A DNA stretch of 64,000 nt from the human T2T-CHM13v2.0 reference genome, Homo sapiens: assembly GCF_009914755.1 (NCBI RefSeq), contig NC_060926.1. One strand, written 5' to 3'. The position numbers and the translations under genes are program-made. Shown one piece after another: positions 52,380-64,000 of the stretch (positions within the stretch are counted from its first letter, which is position 1; every line of letters begins with the position of its first letter). Under the pieces are notes generated by a model, which was not told the DNA's origin, did not search any database, and worked only from the letters and a program-made list of their open reading frames with translations.

Positions 52380-53083
52380 TGGTGTGGACTGAATTGTGCC
52401 CCTCAAAATTAATATGTTGAAACTCTTAACCCCCAATGTGATGGTATTTGGAGATGGGGTCTTCAGGAGATAATTAGGTTAGATGAGGTCATGGGGGTGG
52501 GATCCTCATGATGGGACTGGTGCCCTTCTAAGAAGGGCTTGCTCGCTTCCTCTCTCCATGATGTGAGGACACAGTGAGAAGGAAGCCACAGTCAAGCCAG
52601 GAATAAAGCCCTCACCAGACACATACATTGCTGGCACCCCAAACTTGACTTCTAGCCTCCAGAACTGTGGAAAAAAATAAATTTCTGTTGTTTAAGCCAG
52701 GGTTCCCCAACCCACGGATGGTACTGGTCCTTGGCCTGTTAGGATCCCTGCTGCACAGCAGGAGGTGAGTGGCGTTAGGCAAGACAGCTTTATCACCTGA
52801 GCCCTGCTTCCCGTCAGGTCAGCAGTGGCATTAGATTCTCATAAAAGTGAACCCTATTGTGAATTGCACATGCATAGGAGCTAGGTTGCACACTCCTTAT
52901 GAGCATCTGATGCCTGATGATCGGAGGTGAAATGGTTTCATCCTGAAACCATCCGCTCGCCATTGGTGGAAAAACTGTCCTCCATGAAACTGCTCCCTGG
53001 TGCCAAAAATGTTGAGGACTACTGCTGGTTTAAGCCACCCAGTCTGTAGTGTTTTCTTACGGCAGCCTGAGTAGACTAACACA
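52380..53083 (+). mobile_element. MLT1A0-type solo LTR split by MER1B
   Basis: tggtgtggactgaattgtgcccctcaaaatt...ggtatttggagatgggg...gcagcctgagtagactaacaca; near-TSD atcct / atcgt. Confidence 0.88.
52698..53027 (+). mobile_element. MER1B (hAT-Charlie MITE)
   Basis: cagggttccccaacc...ccctggtgccaaaaatgttgaggactactgctg; perfect 8 bp TSD gtttaagc (52690-52697 / 53028-53035). Confidence 0.9.
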
Positions 53084-53149
53084 ATCGTTGAATGTTTTAT
53101 TTATAAGCATGTTCCAAACCACTATTTTTACAAGTAAGGAAAACTACAG

Positions 53150-53270
53150 CTTCTGAAGGTAAGTCATCAGCTCATGTTTATGTAGGAAACTACTGGAAAA
53201 GCCAGAACCATAACCCAGAATGCCACCTCCCAGTCTAGCTCTTTTTCCACTATACTCAACTACTTCGCTA
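53150..53270 (-). mobile_element. MIR-family fragment
   Basis: 'aagccagaaccataacccagaatgcc...cccagtctagctctttttccactata'. Confidence 0.5.
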
Positions 53271-53954
53271 CAAATGGGATGCCACATGGTGAGTTGCAAC
53301 GCTTTGATTATTAATAATTTAAGGCAAAAAGCCAAAAAAGTTCCAGATTTAATTTATAAAGTGGCATAGGTGGTGGGAGGGTTACTGAATGGCCTTTGTT
53401 CCTAACATGTAATGACTTTGGCCTTCTAAATGTAACTCATTAAAAGATCAAAACCCAGGAACTTCTAGGTTGTAATTGCAATCTTAGGACTTGTTAGCAA
53501 CTTAAATAATAATTACAGGGCCAACTCATCTCATGAATATAATTATCTGGTCTCTGTTCTGATGCGATCTGCAAGTACTCATCACTGCTGATGATGGCCA
53601 CAGAGCAGGCCATGGCAGGGGGCTGGTTTGTCTGTGTCTGGGCTTGACCAGGCTGTTGTGGACTTACCACATAGCAGCTCACACATTCACAAACACCTAC
53701 AAACAGAGCTGGCATCATTTTTTTGCATTCTGGCCATCTCATATTAAACAATCAAGGGAACCTTCATGGTGATGGTAAAATTAGGAATTTGCTCAGCTCA
53801 ATGTTGAATTAATGCCTAGCTATGGCTTCAGCATATATGCAGTGTTTTTTGTTATTTTTTAAATTGAAATGCATTATCAATTTCTGATCCATTATATGTA
53901 AGGAACAAAACTGTTGATTTTTAACATTTCCTTCCAGGTGAAACATACAACTTA

Positions 53955-54300
53955 GAACTATTGATCACTGCTCTCTTTGAAATTCTATTGTCTTTTAATT
54001 TATTACACATCTCCCTAAATTTTCTCTCAAGATTCTGCCCATTCTTTCTTGGCTTCTTTTTCTATCTTCTCTTCCTCATTAAAATGCTATTCACCTACAA
54101 GGTACTGACAGCCTCTTCTTGTTCTATGTGGTTTCCTTGGGTAAGCACAATTAATATAGCTGAGAATAGTTCCCATAAACTGTTTTCTTTTTTTCCCAAG
54201 CTTTCTCTCATTCATCTTCTTCCTATAATCTCAGTTTCCATCACTGGCCTAACCAGCATGTCAGTAGTCCAAGATGAATATTTTAAATCTTTCTTGAACT
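53955..54300 (+). mobile_element. L2 internal fragment
   Basis: 'ttgatcactgctctctttgaaattct...catcttcttcctataatctcagttt...cagtagtccaag'. Confidence 0.5.
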
Positions 54301-54303
54301 CCT

Positions 54304-54744
54304 TACTATGGGTTATGTCCCCCCAAATAAATGTTGTAATCCTAATTCCCAGTACTTTAGAATGTGGCCTTATTTGAAACTAGAGTGTTTGCAGAAGAAG
54401 TAAGATACAGTCATCAGAATGGGTTCCAATTCAATATGACTGGTGTCCTCATAACAAGAGGAAAATATGGACAGAGACACACAGAGAGAATGCCATGTAA
54501 TGTCAGAAATAGATACAGAAGTGATGACACCAAAGAAAAGGAATGCCAAGGATTGATGGCCAACATCAGGAGCTAGGAAGAGACAAAGAAGGATTTTACC
54601 CAGAGTCTCAGAGGGACTGTGGCCCTTCTGATACCTTGACTCCAGACTTATAGACTCCAAAACTGTCAGATAATAAATTTCTATTGTTTTAAGCCACCCA
54701 GTTTGTGTGGCCTTTTGTTATAGCAGACCTAGGAAACTAATGTA
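54304..54744 (+). mobile_element. MLT1C/B-type solo LTR
   Basis: 'gaatgtggccttatttgaaa...tatgactggtgtcctcataa...aaggaatgccaaggattg...aataaatttctattgttttaagccaccc...ctaggaaactaat'. Confidence 0.85.
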
Positions 54745-57700
54745 CACTCACAGCTTCTTCCTACATTTAATTAATCACCAACTCTCATGAAGCATGTATT
54801 TATCTCCCCGTAAAAAACATCATAGAGGACTTTTCTGATGCTGCTCCTGTTAATTTCAAACTAATATTTAAGCCATTAGATTTACTATCTACCACACAAT
54901 GACAAAATAAGCCTTTTATAAATAATCAAAGTGGAAGGCAGGAAATTGGAGACATTTCACAATATGAAAACTATTATTGTTTGTAAATATCCCTCGGCCA
55001 TCTTTACCCAGGCTTAAGTAAATACAAGGGAGCAATTGTATCATCATGGTAATATTTTGAAATCACATCTCAAATCATTCATTCTTGTTGAGTTAGGTAT
55101 TTAATAGTCCACAGGCAAGAGGCAAAAATTGCTAAATTATCGAAAGCCCTTTCAGATCCCAAATTGCTTTTAGTTGTGATGGTAATATCCTAAACATTAA
55201 AGGAAATCTATGTAGTTTGTGTGTTTTAATTATACTATTTGAAAACTTAACAACACAGTAAAACAGTCAGAGTGCCCACAGAAGTATATAAATAAATAGT
55301 TCTGGATAAATGAGAAAGATGAAAACTCAAAGCTAGGTTCCATTCTCTTGGTAGCAAATGTCATCAAAATGTGAAACTGTTTTGCAAAAAAGAAAAAAAG
55401 AAAAGACAAGCAAACCTGTAAATGCTGCTTTAATTTCCACTGGAGGATTCAGGCCATGACTCAGCTGACTCTTTTCCAGAGATGGCCTAAAGGAAATGAA
55501 ATTGCGTTTATGATCACATTTGAGATGTTGCTTGAAATGATCTGAAGCAGAAATGTTTATTCTAATGATTAGCAGAAGTCAGCTGCAATGAATGGATCAT
55601 TTATTTATTCAAAGATACATTGATCTGCTTATAGATACTAAATGGAAGATAAAATTATAAGTAAGAGATCCAAGGTCTTTGATGTTTTGGAAATTATAAT
55701 TTGATGAAGTTCCTAGTTCAAAGGTATAGGCTGGTTAGGAAGAGGTGGGGTAGGAGACGGAAAAAGGGATGTTATGAGGGCTTCAACTTTGATTGGATGG
55801 CTTGCATGGGTCTTCAGGTTTCAGTAATTCCAGCAATCCCTAGGATCTAGGAAGGAGGGACCTAGGATACACTTCTCAGGATCTGGGGAGTGTATTCCAG
55901 ATGATCTATGAGGGATGCCGTTGGAGAGGTAGAAAGTCCTGGAGGTAAATTTGACTCCTTCAAAAGTACACCCAAGGCCTGACTGTGCCTTTCTTTTTCT
56001 GCTATGGTAATTGTAAGAGCAAATGTTAATGACATTCTAAATGTAAGACATCATCCCTATCCACAAGGATTTTATTTTTTTTTTAAACTAAAGAACAAAA
56101 AACTCAAAATTGATTGTATTTTTTTCTTGAAAGCCAGATTTGGAGAATAGCTCATTTGATTAGTTGGGCTACTGCCCTTTCTTTCTTTGTTGTATTATCA
56201 GACTCAGTTTAATATGCAAATATAGGAGACAAAAAGTCATAGAAATCAGAGTAGTAAGCTAAATATGTGACACTACCAATGAAAAGGTGTCACTGCCAGG
56301 CCATGATCAACTGGTCGTGTGTTTTGACTGGTTTTCTGAGCAGGGATGATGTATTGCACATATGCATGCTTTGCCACCTTCCAGAATTTTGGACATTGCT
56401 TTGGGGCAGAGGTGTTAGGGGATGAACTGGGAAAAGCCAGCCTAGTTAACCCTTAAACCAGTTAAGGAGTGGCAATATGCTGACTATGGATCTTATAGGC
56501 AACAAAACCTGGTTGTTTTATTTGAGACAAGTGGCTGAAACAAATGAATTTTGTATCCACACATGAAATACACTGTGTTATACTTGTCTCAGCAATTGGA
56601 ACATGGAATTTCAGTTTCACTCTATAGGTTTTAAGCCAATCTGCTGGTCATGCCTCAAGGATCCATGTTACAGGCTATACATGTTTACCCAGCACTTGCT
56701 TGCTAGGCTGGAAGAACTTTTTTATTAAATATAGATAAAACTCAACAAAATAAAATCAAGACATGCAATTCCATATATAGTAAACAACACTGCACTGGAA
56801 GCTAAGGAAGGAAAACAGAAGTAACCAAAGTTATAATAATAAGTGGCTGTGAATATTTTTTTTCTGTTCATCTGACCTATCATTGCCTTATTTTGCTAAT
56901 TAAGTCAATGTAGTAAAATAACACTTTGGAATTTGCAGCACAGTATTTACAAAATTAGGCTCTCAAATTGAGACAAAGCTTCTGCAAAAGCAAGATGATA
57001 ATTCAGCAACCATTTCCCAATATCTATTCTGAATGCCATAATTCAAACACATTCAGGTCTTTATCATCATGCATTTATGTCTGACCCAGATTTCCTGCTA
57101 TTAACTATCACTTTCCCATGGTTCTTTGGCTAGAACTGATAAAAATATACAAAATGAATATAACTTTCTGCTCCCCTTCCACCACTCTTTCAAATATTTT
57201 TTGGAAATGAACATTATTAGAAAAGTAAGCAAGCATGATATGAAAGTTTGAAGTTATTCCACAAATCCTCTGACATCTTGCATTCTTCTGTTAGGAATTG
57301 CTTTTCACAGTTATGGAGTTAATGAGAATATTTAGTTCTGATACATACCTTCTAAATTCAAACCTTCTTGACCTGTTATTAAAATCTCTTTCTTAGACCA
57401 TTTTTCCCTTTCTCTTTGCAAAAGAATGTTGATGGAGACTAATTCTTCCTAAGCAGATCTGGAGGAAATCGTGTGGGGAACTATAAATTTCAAGATCTGA
57501 AAATCTGTCTCCCAGTGACAAAGATCTTAAGCTACCTTTAAGATATCCCAGAGGAAACCGAAGGGCTCCTCACCTAAATCCTGCTTCTCATTCCTGAATG
57601 CTTCCTTTGGCTCCCCCTGGAATGACTCTGTGATCTCTTTGCAGTTCTCTTCCTACAAGTGGGCATTGGCTGGGAGGCACCATTGTAGGAAGAGAACAGC

Positions 57701-59489
57701 AAAGAGATCACAACAGACCTGGCTTTCCCCTCATCTTGGTCTCTGCCAATTAGTCCTGTTAGAGTGAGTTTAAAAGACAACTCTGACTACAAAATAATAT
57801 ATCCCATATACTTTATCTTATTTCATATTGATTATATCTTGAACTTATGATCATTTAAGCACGTAAAGGTGCAAAAAAATTTTGAAGAAGAAAAGCATAA
57901 AAATAACAAACACTTATTCTAAAAATCTTCAGACTGTTCTGAAACAAGACAAATGATGTTAGGTTATAAAAAATAAATTAATAGAAAGACCTATATGCAC
58001 ATTTTTTTGTTCTGGTGGGGCTTATATCATACACTGGTACACAACATAAGGGATAATCAACTTAGATAAATTCCAGGAAGCCAATTCAATACCCAAGATT
58101 CAACAATATATTTATAAATTCAACAAACATAAACCTTAAAAAAGCATAAAATACAAGTTAGAATATTGAATATCATTTTAATATACTTGAAAAATTTGCT
58201 ACTATATTTTCATAAAAGTAATAATCACTTTTTAAAATATGAATCACAAATTTAATCGATTAAAATTATACGATATTTTGTAACAGGATACTTGTTAGTA
58301 TAAAACAAATCTATTTTGAAATAAATCCTTGTTGACACCAAAACTTTTCATAGTTATCATTGGTATTACTAAATAAACATGATTTATTTTTAAGTTGATT
58401 TTTGTTACAGATTGTCTATAAATATTGATAAAGAAAAATGTGCTTGACTAGAAATGATTGCCTAAAGCTAAACCACCAGGCACACATTTCCCCACACCTC
58501 CCAAACTTTCTTTTGTTTTCTGGAATATTTTTTTTCACAGAAAGCAAGTTGTCTTATTTTAAACTGAAGATGAGAGAAGAATTTTTTTTCCAAACTTAAA
58601 AACACTTGTCTTTGCAGTATATGAATTTCAATAAGGCAAGTCTGACCTAAGCCAGCTTATACTTCTCTTCATAGATGACACAAAAGACATTTCCCAATCA
58701 TATTTCTTGGTCTTTAAACTCAATATACAGAGATGAGTGTTCTACAGTTTCCCTGCCTTAGAGGTTCATCTTCATGCTTCTGTGTCTTTTTTTTCTTAGA
58801 AACAGGATTTTAAAAATGATTTCTACAAGTGCTTCTACAACTATAGGCAAATATAAGATGGGCAGTTCTAATCTTTGTTATACCACATTGTTTATCTTCT
58901 TTCATAGAACAAGACTTATTTCTTAAAGTTTTAAAAAAATTCCTTTAACCTCAAATGCATACTGTATACTGAAAACAGTACAAATAAAGGAATTAAAAAA
59001 AACTTTATGTGAAAAGAAGGGAATTATCTCTTCCTGGAAGAGGCTCCAGGAGTTGCTACTGTTTTTTATGGAATACGGTGCATATTTATGTATATGATAG
59101 CTATTATAATACCTATTAGCTTTTCATTTCTTGGAATCTCAGAACTTAAAAAGGACCTTAGAGCCATTTTGCATACTCCAGAAGAAACAGCAACAGCCTA
59201 ACAAAAAGCAAGACCTTGCTGGTACTTGAACCCAGAATTCCTAACTATAGTCAATTATCCTTTCACAAGAGCACAGGTTTGTGCCATATGAGAATAGTTG
59301 GTGCTAGGGCTGGCATTCTTTGAACATCAGTTCCCTATGTGACTAGACAAGGCACATGACATGCATTGTTACAATTATCAGTTATCAAATCAGATTTTTA
59401 CCTTATTTACACTTCAGTGCATACTTTGGGATAATAAATATCAGCTTTCACTTTTTTAAAGAAGCAAATGAAAACATGTATGAAGTATT

Positions 59490-60420
59490 CTTTCTGCAGT
59501 CTTCCTTACATCCATCTACCTCTTCCACTTCCACTACATAAATCTAGGCTGTTCATATCATACCTGCACTATCTCAATGGTCTCTTTACTGACATCTTGT
59601 TTACAGTGTCTCTTCATTTCAAGTTACCCTACTCACCACAGCCAGGTTAATGTTCACAAAACTTTGCCTAAATAAACACTCTCCCTTGGCATAAATAAAT
59701 ACTCTCCATTGCTTTCAGAATAAAGTAAAAATTTCTAAGTCTGGAATTCAAAGCTCTCCACTACCTGATACAAATGTATTTCTAACTTCATTTCCTATGT
59801 TTCTCGTTTGCACAACATTATAATCTGTATGATCTATTCAAAATGTCTTAAATATCCTTTGCTCGTTTATTCATTCCTAGGATTCAATTCCCCCTACCTG
59901 AAACATATTCTCCCATCTTCACTGATATAAATTCCATCTATTTTCATGGTTCTTCTCAATGCTTGTGGCTCCATGGATCTCACTTGAATTCTGCCCATTG
60001 GCAATTATTTTAATCCATTCTGAGTTTCCATTTTTTACATACATCTCTCAAACACAACATTATATCAAAATTACTTGCAATGCTTGTACAATGCACATTT
60101 TCAGGCTCCATTCTAGATATTTGGATTCAGTAAATCAATGGTGAGCCCACAGAATTTTTGTTTTTAACAAAATTTACAAGTGATTCTGACTCTGGTGGAC
60201 TTGTGATTATACTTTTAGAAACACCACATAGCAGTTATTATTTGGTTTATTTATTTGAACCTTAATTACACATTCATTTTCAGTTTGCAAATTTCCTATT
60301 TGCCTCTCTGATTGCCCCAGTAAGATTGTAAATTAACTGAGGATAATAACAAAATATACACTTTTCTCTATTCTATATAGTACTTAGTATATGCATGAAG
60401 CTGGTGCCCAATAAAATGCA
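59490..60420 (+). mobile_element. L2 3' region interrupted by MER5A (~60040-60230)
   Basis: 'ctccattgctttcagaataaagtaaaa...tggaattcaaagctctcca'; MER5A 'tttttaacaaaatttacaagtgattctgac...tttagaaacaccac'. Confidence 0.65.
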
Positions 60421-60806
60421 CTAAATTATCAAACTAAAATATGCTTATTACTAAATTATCTGAAATTGCCATATATATTTGCTAATGTATTTACTATCTG
60501 ACCCCTTCTGTAGGTTATAATCTGACCCTTCTGTAGGTATAATCTTCATGAGTGTAGAGCTTTATCTCTTATTCACATCTAAATCCCATCGATACTTAAA
60601 ATGCAAGATTTTTTGCTCAATAAGTTGTGTTTCAAGAAATAGGCGAATAACAGACGAGTGTCCTTCTTCTTTAAATGATTTTCCTCTCCTAGTCACATTT
60701 AAAAACCAACAACAATAAGAACTATTTACATTATTTTGTCACTTTTTTTGTTTGTTTCCATCCTCAATTTGAAAGATGTATCTCCAGCTGAAATGTATCA
60801 CCTCAT

Positions 60807-61520
60807 GCAGTGGATGCTATGATGTGTCATTCAGATCACCCTTCAGAGTGAAGGATTTATTTCTCACTCTTGGATGATTCCTTTAGATGTCAGTTCTCTT
60901 TGAGAGTTGCCTTAGCTGAATGAAATTGCTTCATTCAGCTTCAAGCTTCCTTCCAGGAGGAGCTTGCATACAAAGACTTATTAACAAGGGGATAAAAAAG
61001 GTCTCCTTGTCCCAACTTGATACCACTCTCATGGACCATTACATTTCGAGAACTTCCCATGGTACCAGTTTAGGCATGTGTCAGGACATCATCCCAGCTT
61101 AAGGTCTCCCTCTGCCTAATCACCTTTTGTTTTATGCTCCTCCCTCTGCAAATGTTGATCCCAAGGAAATTCCTTAATAAATCTCTCCTGGCCAGGCATG
61201 GTGGCTCATGCCTGTAATCCTAGGTTTGAGACCAGCCTGGCCAACATGGTGAAACCCTGTCTCTACTAAAAAAAAAAAAAAAAATACAAAAATTTGCCGG
61301 ACGTGGTGGAGCATGCCTGTAATCCCAGCTATCTTAGAGGCTGAGGCAGAAGAATCTCTGGAACCTGCAAGTCAGAGGCTGCAGGGAGCCAAGACCCTGC
61401 CCGACTGCACTCCAGCCTGGGTAACACAGCAAGAATCCATTTCAGAAACAAACAAACAAAAACCCTCTTCATACATACTAATCTGTAGCTCAGAGTTTGC
61501 TTCCCAGAGATAAAACTCCA
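60807..61520 (+). mobile_element. LTR16C-like (ERVL) 5' LTR, interrupted by an Alu
   Basis: 'tgcagtggatgctatgatgtgtcattcagatcacccttcag...tctccctctgcctaatc...tgttgatcccaagg...aataaa' and 'ctcagagtttgcttcccag' after the Alu. Confidence 0.75.
61190..61460 (+). mobile_element. AluS with a ~40 bp deletion in the left arm and an expanded linker A-tract
   Basis: ggccaggcatggtggctcatgcctgtaatcctag|gtttgagaccagcctggcc...; (AAAC)n tail. Confidence 0.9.
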
Positions 61521-64000
61521 TTACTCCAGTGGAGTCAGAGAAACCAGACACGGAGTGGGATTTTAAAGCTGGATCACCTGCCCTTTGCTGGAGATGAAAT
61601 TGAGGATCCCATTATTGGTAGTAGGTGAGCACAAATAGCCCCTGAGCATAAGGTAGCATAAAATTATTAAAACTTTCATCAGTGGCAAACTGGGACGACT
61701 TAATGTGGAAGGGACAGCATTACCTTGTGCAATGCATTAGGCATTTGAGAATTATGGGAGGTATGGTGATTTCAAGGATATTGGACTTGAGTTGCTATTG
61801 CTAAGTTCTATCAATATTCTGGTAAAAGGTAACAAGCTAAAAGTGATTAATCAGCAATAAAAGCCAAGTGTGAAAGCCAGAGGGCCTCCTTGGTAGCATA
61901 CAAATAAATTCCCATCTTGAATAGCAAGAGAGCAGAGAAAGGCTGAGGACCAGGCCTAGAACTGAATTATAGGAGTAGCCAAGTTCCAAAGTAAGGTTAA
62001 ATTCCCCACCAAGGCAGATGTGTCATGACAAGGTAAATTCTTTGTGCGGAAAGAATAAGATACTGACATCTAGAATGGGGATACCTGAAATGACATCGAG
62101 ACATCTTGAATCTCCAACACCCCCTCAATCCCCTCAGTTTACAGAAGTCCCAATTAATCTCACTAAGGGTTAGCAACCTCCTTTGTCTAAACAAAATATA
62201 GAGGCCTCTTTCCTAAAACATAACAGGTATTCCTCCTTCAGTATTAACCTTCTCTCCCTGACCCTCGACCTCCTTGGCCATCAGGAAAATAATTTAGGCA
62301 AAAATTTACAATCACCTAGGTAGGAATGTACCAGGCCTACTAAGGGACAAAAGGAATTACACCTCTAAGGGACACTAGGACCTGACCAACATGAATTTGT
62401 ATGAGGTGGGAGAGTATGCCTGGGACTGCTCTCTGAGGATGCTGGCCGAAGGTGGGAGGGTAGAATATAAACCTGGATGATATTCTTCAAAGAATCAGAA
62501 TTAATCACTCAGGAAAGAGCCCTGGAAGATGATATGAATGCATAGCTAGAATGCCACCTAGTAGCATGCCGCTTAGACAGCCCATTCTAAGTGAGGTGGT
62601 AATTTTGGAACTGTCAAGGCAGATGGTAGAAGAAGAGATAAAAGTCTCAGAGATATGGGTATGTTAAACATATAATATATGGTTGGAAAGCCCATTGACA
62701 TTTCTAATTTATGGGGGTGTAGAGGAACAGTAGGATACAGCATTTACTGAAACAATAATGACTATGTTGGCGAGACTGGACCTGGTATTACTGAGAAGTT
62801 TATTGCCCTTGTCTCTAGGCCAGGTGAGTGAGAAATACCAGTACAGAACTAAGACGTCTAATAGCAATGGGGATAATAGGACCTAAAACAATAGAGGCCA
62901 GATGGTAGCTGTTAACCGTCAGAAGGGATGTGGTCATAATCGCCCTGGCAATAATTAAGACTGGAATTAAGTCAAGAAGCCAAGGAAGCCCAACTCAGTG
63001 TTATGGAGGTGGTTAATAGAACACAGTATCCCAGGAGTAACCCTAGGTAGGTAGCCAAAAAGTATATCACTCCATCTATAACACCAAAGATAAGTAATCA
63101 GAATCTGAGGGTTACTGCAGATATACTGATAAAAAGCCAAGATGACCTACTCAGTTTCCATTTCAGAGCCAGATTTTGGACCTCAAATTCATTGAAGAAA
63201 AGTCTGAGTCACCAGGCGAAAGGGCTCCACAAAGCCACAGCAATTGTACATGGCTATGATTAACTGCCAAGTCTTTTCCCAAAGGGGCCTTCAGGTATTT
63301 ACTCAGGTAACTGTAGTAGAAAAAGAAAAATAGCTGAACATTTTAAGGAATGTTGGACACAAGGCTGAGATGATATGATACCCTGAGACCTGAAGAGTTT
63401 CATGGCTACCCTGTTACGGTGCAATCATATGAGAATATATAATAAATGGCGTCCTGGCCCAGGAATAATTCCCAATGGGTCCATCAGATGTATAGACTCA
63501 CCCAATAGTCATTTCTAGAGTCCACAAATGTATAACAGTTATATTTGCTAGTTGGTGCCATCCCATATACTGGGTTCTTGGCCTGTGGTTATGAGCAATT
63601 GAAACCAAGTGGAAATCTCTGGAAATGCTCTATCCATACCCCTAGCCAAGAGTAAATAAAACACAATATCTCATTCTTAGGGAGTGACAGAAATTAGCAT
63701 TACCTTTAAATACTTAAAAGATGCAGGGCTGGTGGTCATCATTGTATCTTTATTGAATGTAGAAGCCTTTCCTCTGAAAAACAAAACAAAATATAGTGGA
63801 CAAATATTGGAGTATAAAGTAGATTACTGTAAATTTAAGAAAACAGTAGCCCCAATTATTGCTGTGATGTCAGATGTGGTATATTTGCTAGAATGGAGTA
63901 ACATGGCCTCAGAAACGTGATAAGTGACCATTGATTTGATCTGGTGAATGTTGTCTTTTGTATCTTTATTAGAGAAAAAGGAACAGAAAACAGAATATAT
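61521..64000 (+). pseudogene. HERV16/ERVL-type internal region (decayed gag-pro-pol), continues beyond the window
   Basis: Follows LTR16 directly; protease-like 'tttactcaggtaactgta...gttggacac' at ~63300-63360; ORF 63684..63920 EISITFKYLKDAGLV...VDYCKF...PIIAVMSDVVYLLE is the ERVL RT N-terminus. Confidence 0.8.

Noticed and set aside
53961-54660. 138 aa hydrophobic ORF and neighbours
   Set aside because: T-rich L2 and MLT1 sequence
56320-56520. Cluster of Grainyhead-like AACCAGTT/AACCTGGTT words
   Set aside because: Imperfect short matches expected by chance; no supporting evidence

Overview
AT-rich, CpG-depleted primate (probably human or hominoid) non-coding genomic DNA, either intergenic or deep intronic. 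Alu S, THE1, MER4A and L1PA elements indicate a simian genome. I found no credible protein-coding exon, RNA gene or CRISPR array: the longer ORFs I could place lie in L1, THE1/MaLR, ERVL or Alu remnants or in low-complexity sequence, and the remaining short ORFs show no recognisable protein signature. Most of the window is layered transposon fossils. These include a full-length L1MA-type element with TSDs inside an old ERVL pol/pro remnant, two twin-primed (5'-inverted) L1s, a THE1 provirus with mismatched LTRs, an LTR16/HERV16-like provirus running off the right edge, and many MIR, L2, MLT1 and MER fragments. I do not see a new biological system. The most interesting signals are structural: a probable recombinant THE1, an old ~75 bp locally templated inverted insertion, a quasi-palindromic template-switch scar, a near-palindromic CTCF site and a few repeat-free enhancer candidates. 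Subfamily names come from recalled consensus sequences and need RepeatMasker/Dfam confirmation. Boundaries are approximate unless TSDs are given.
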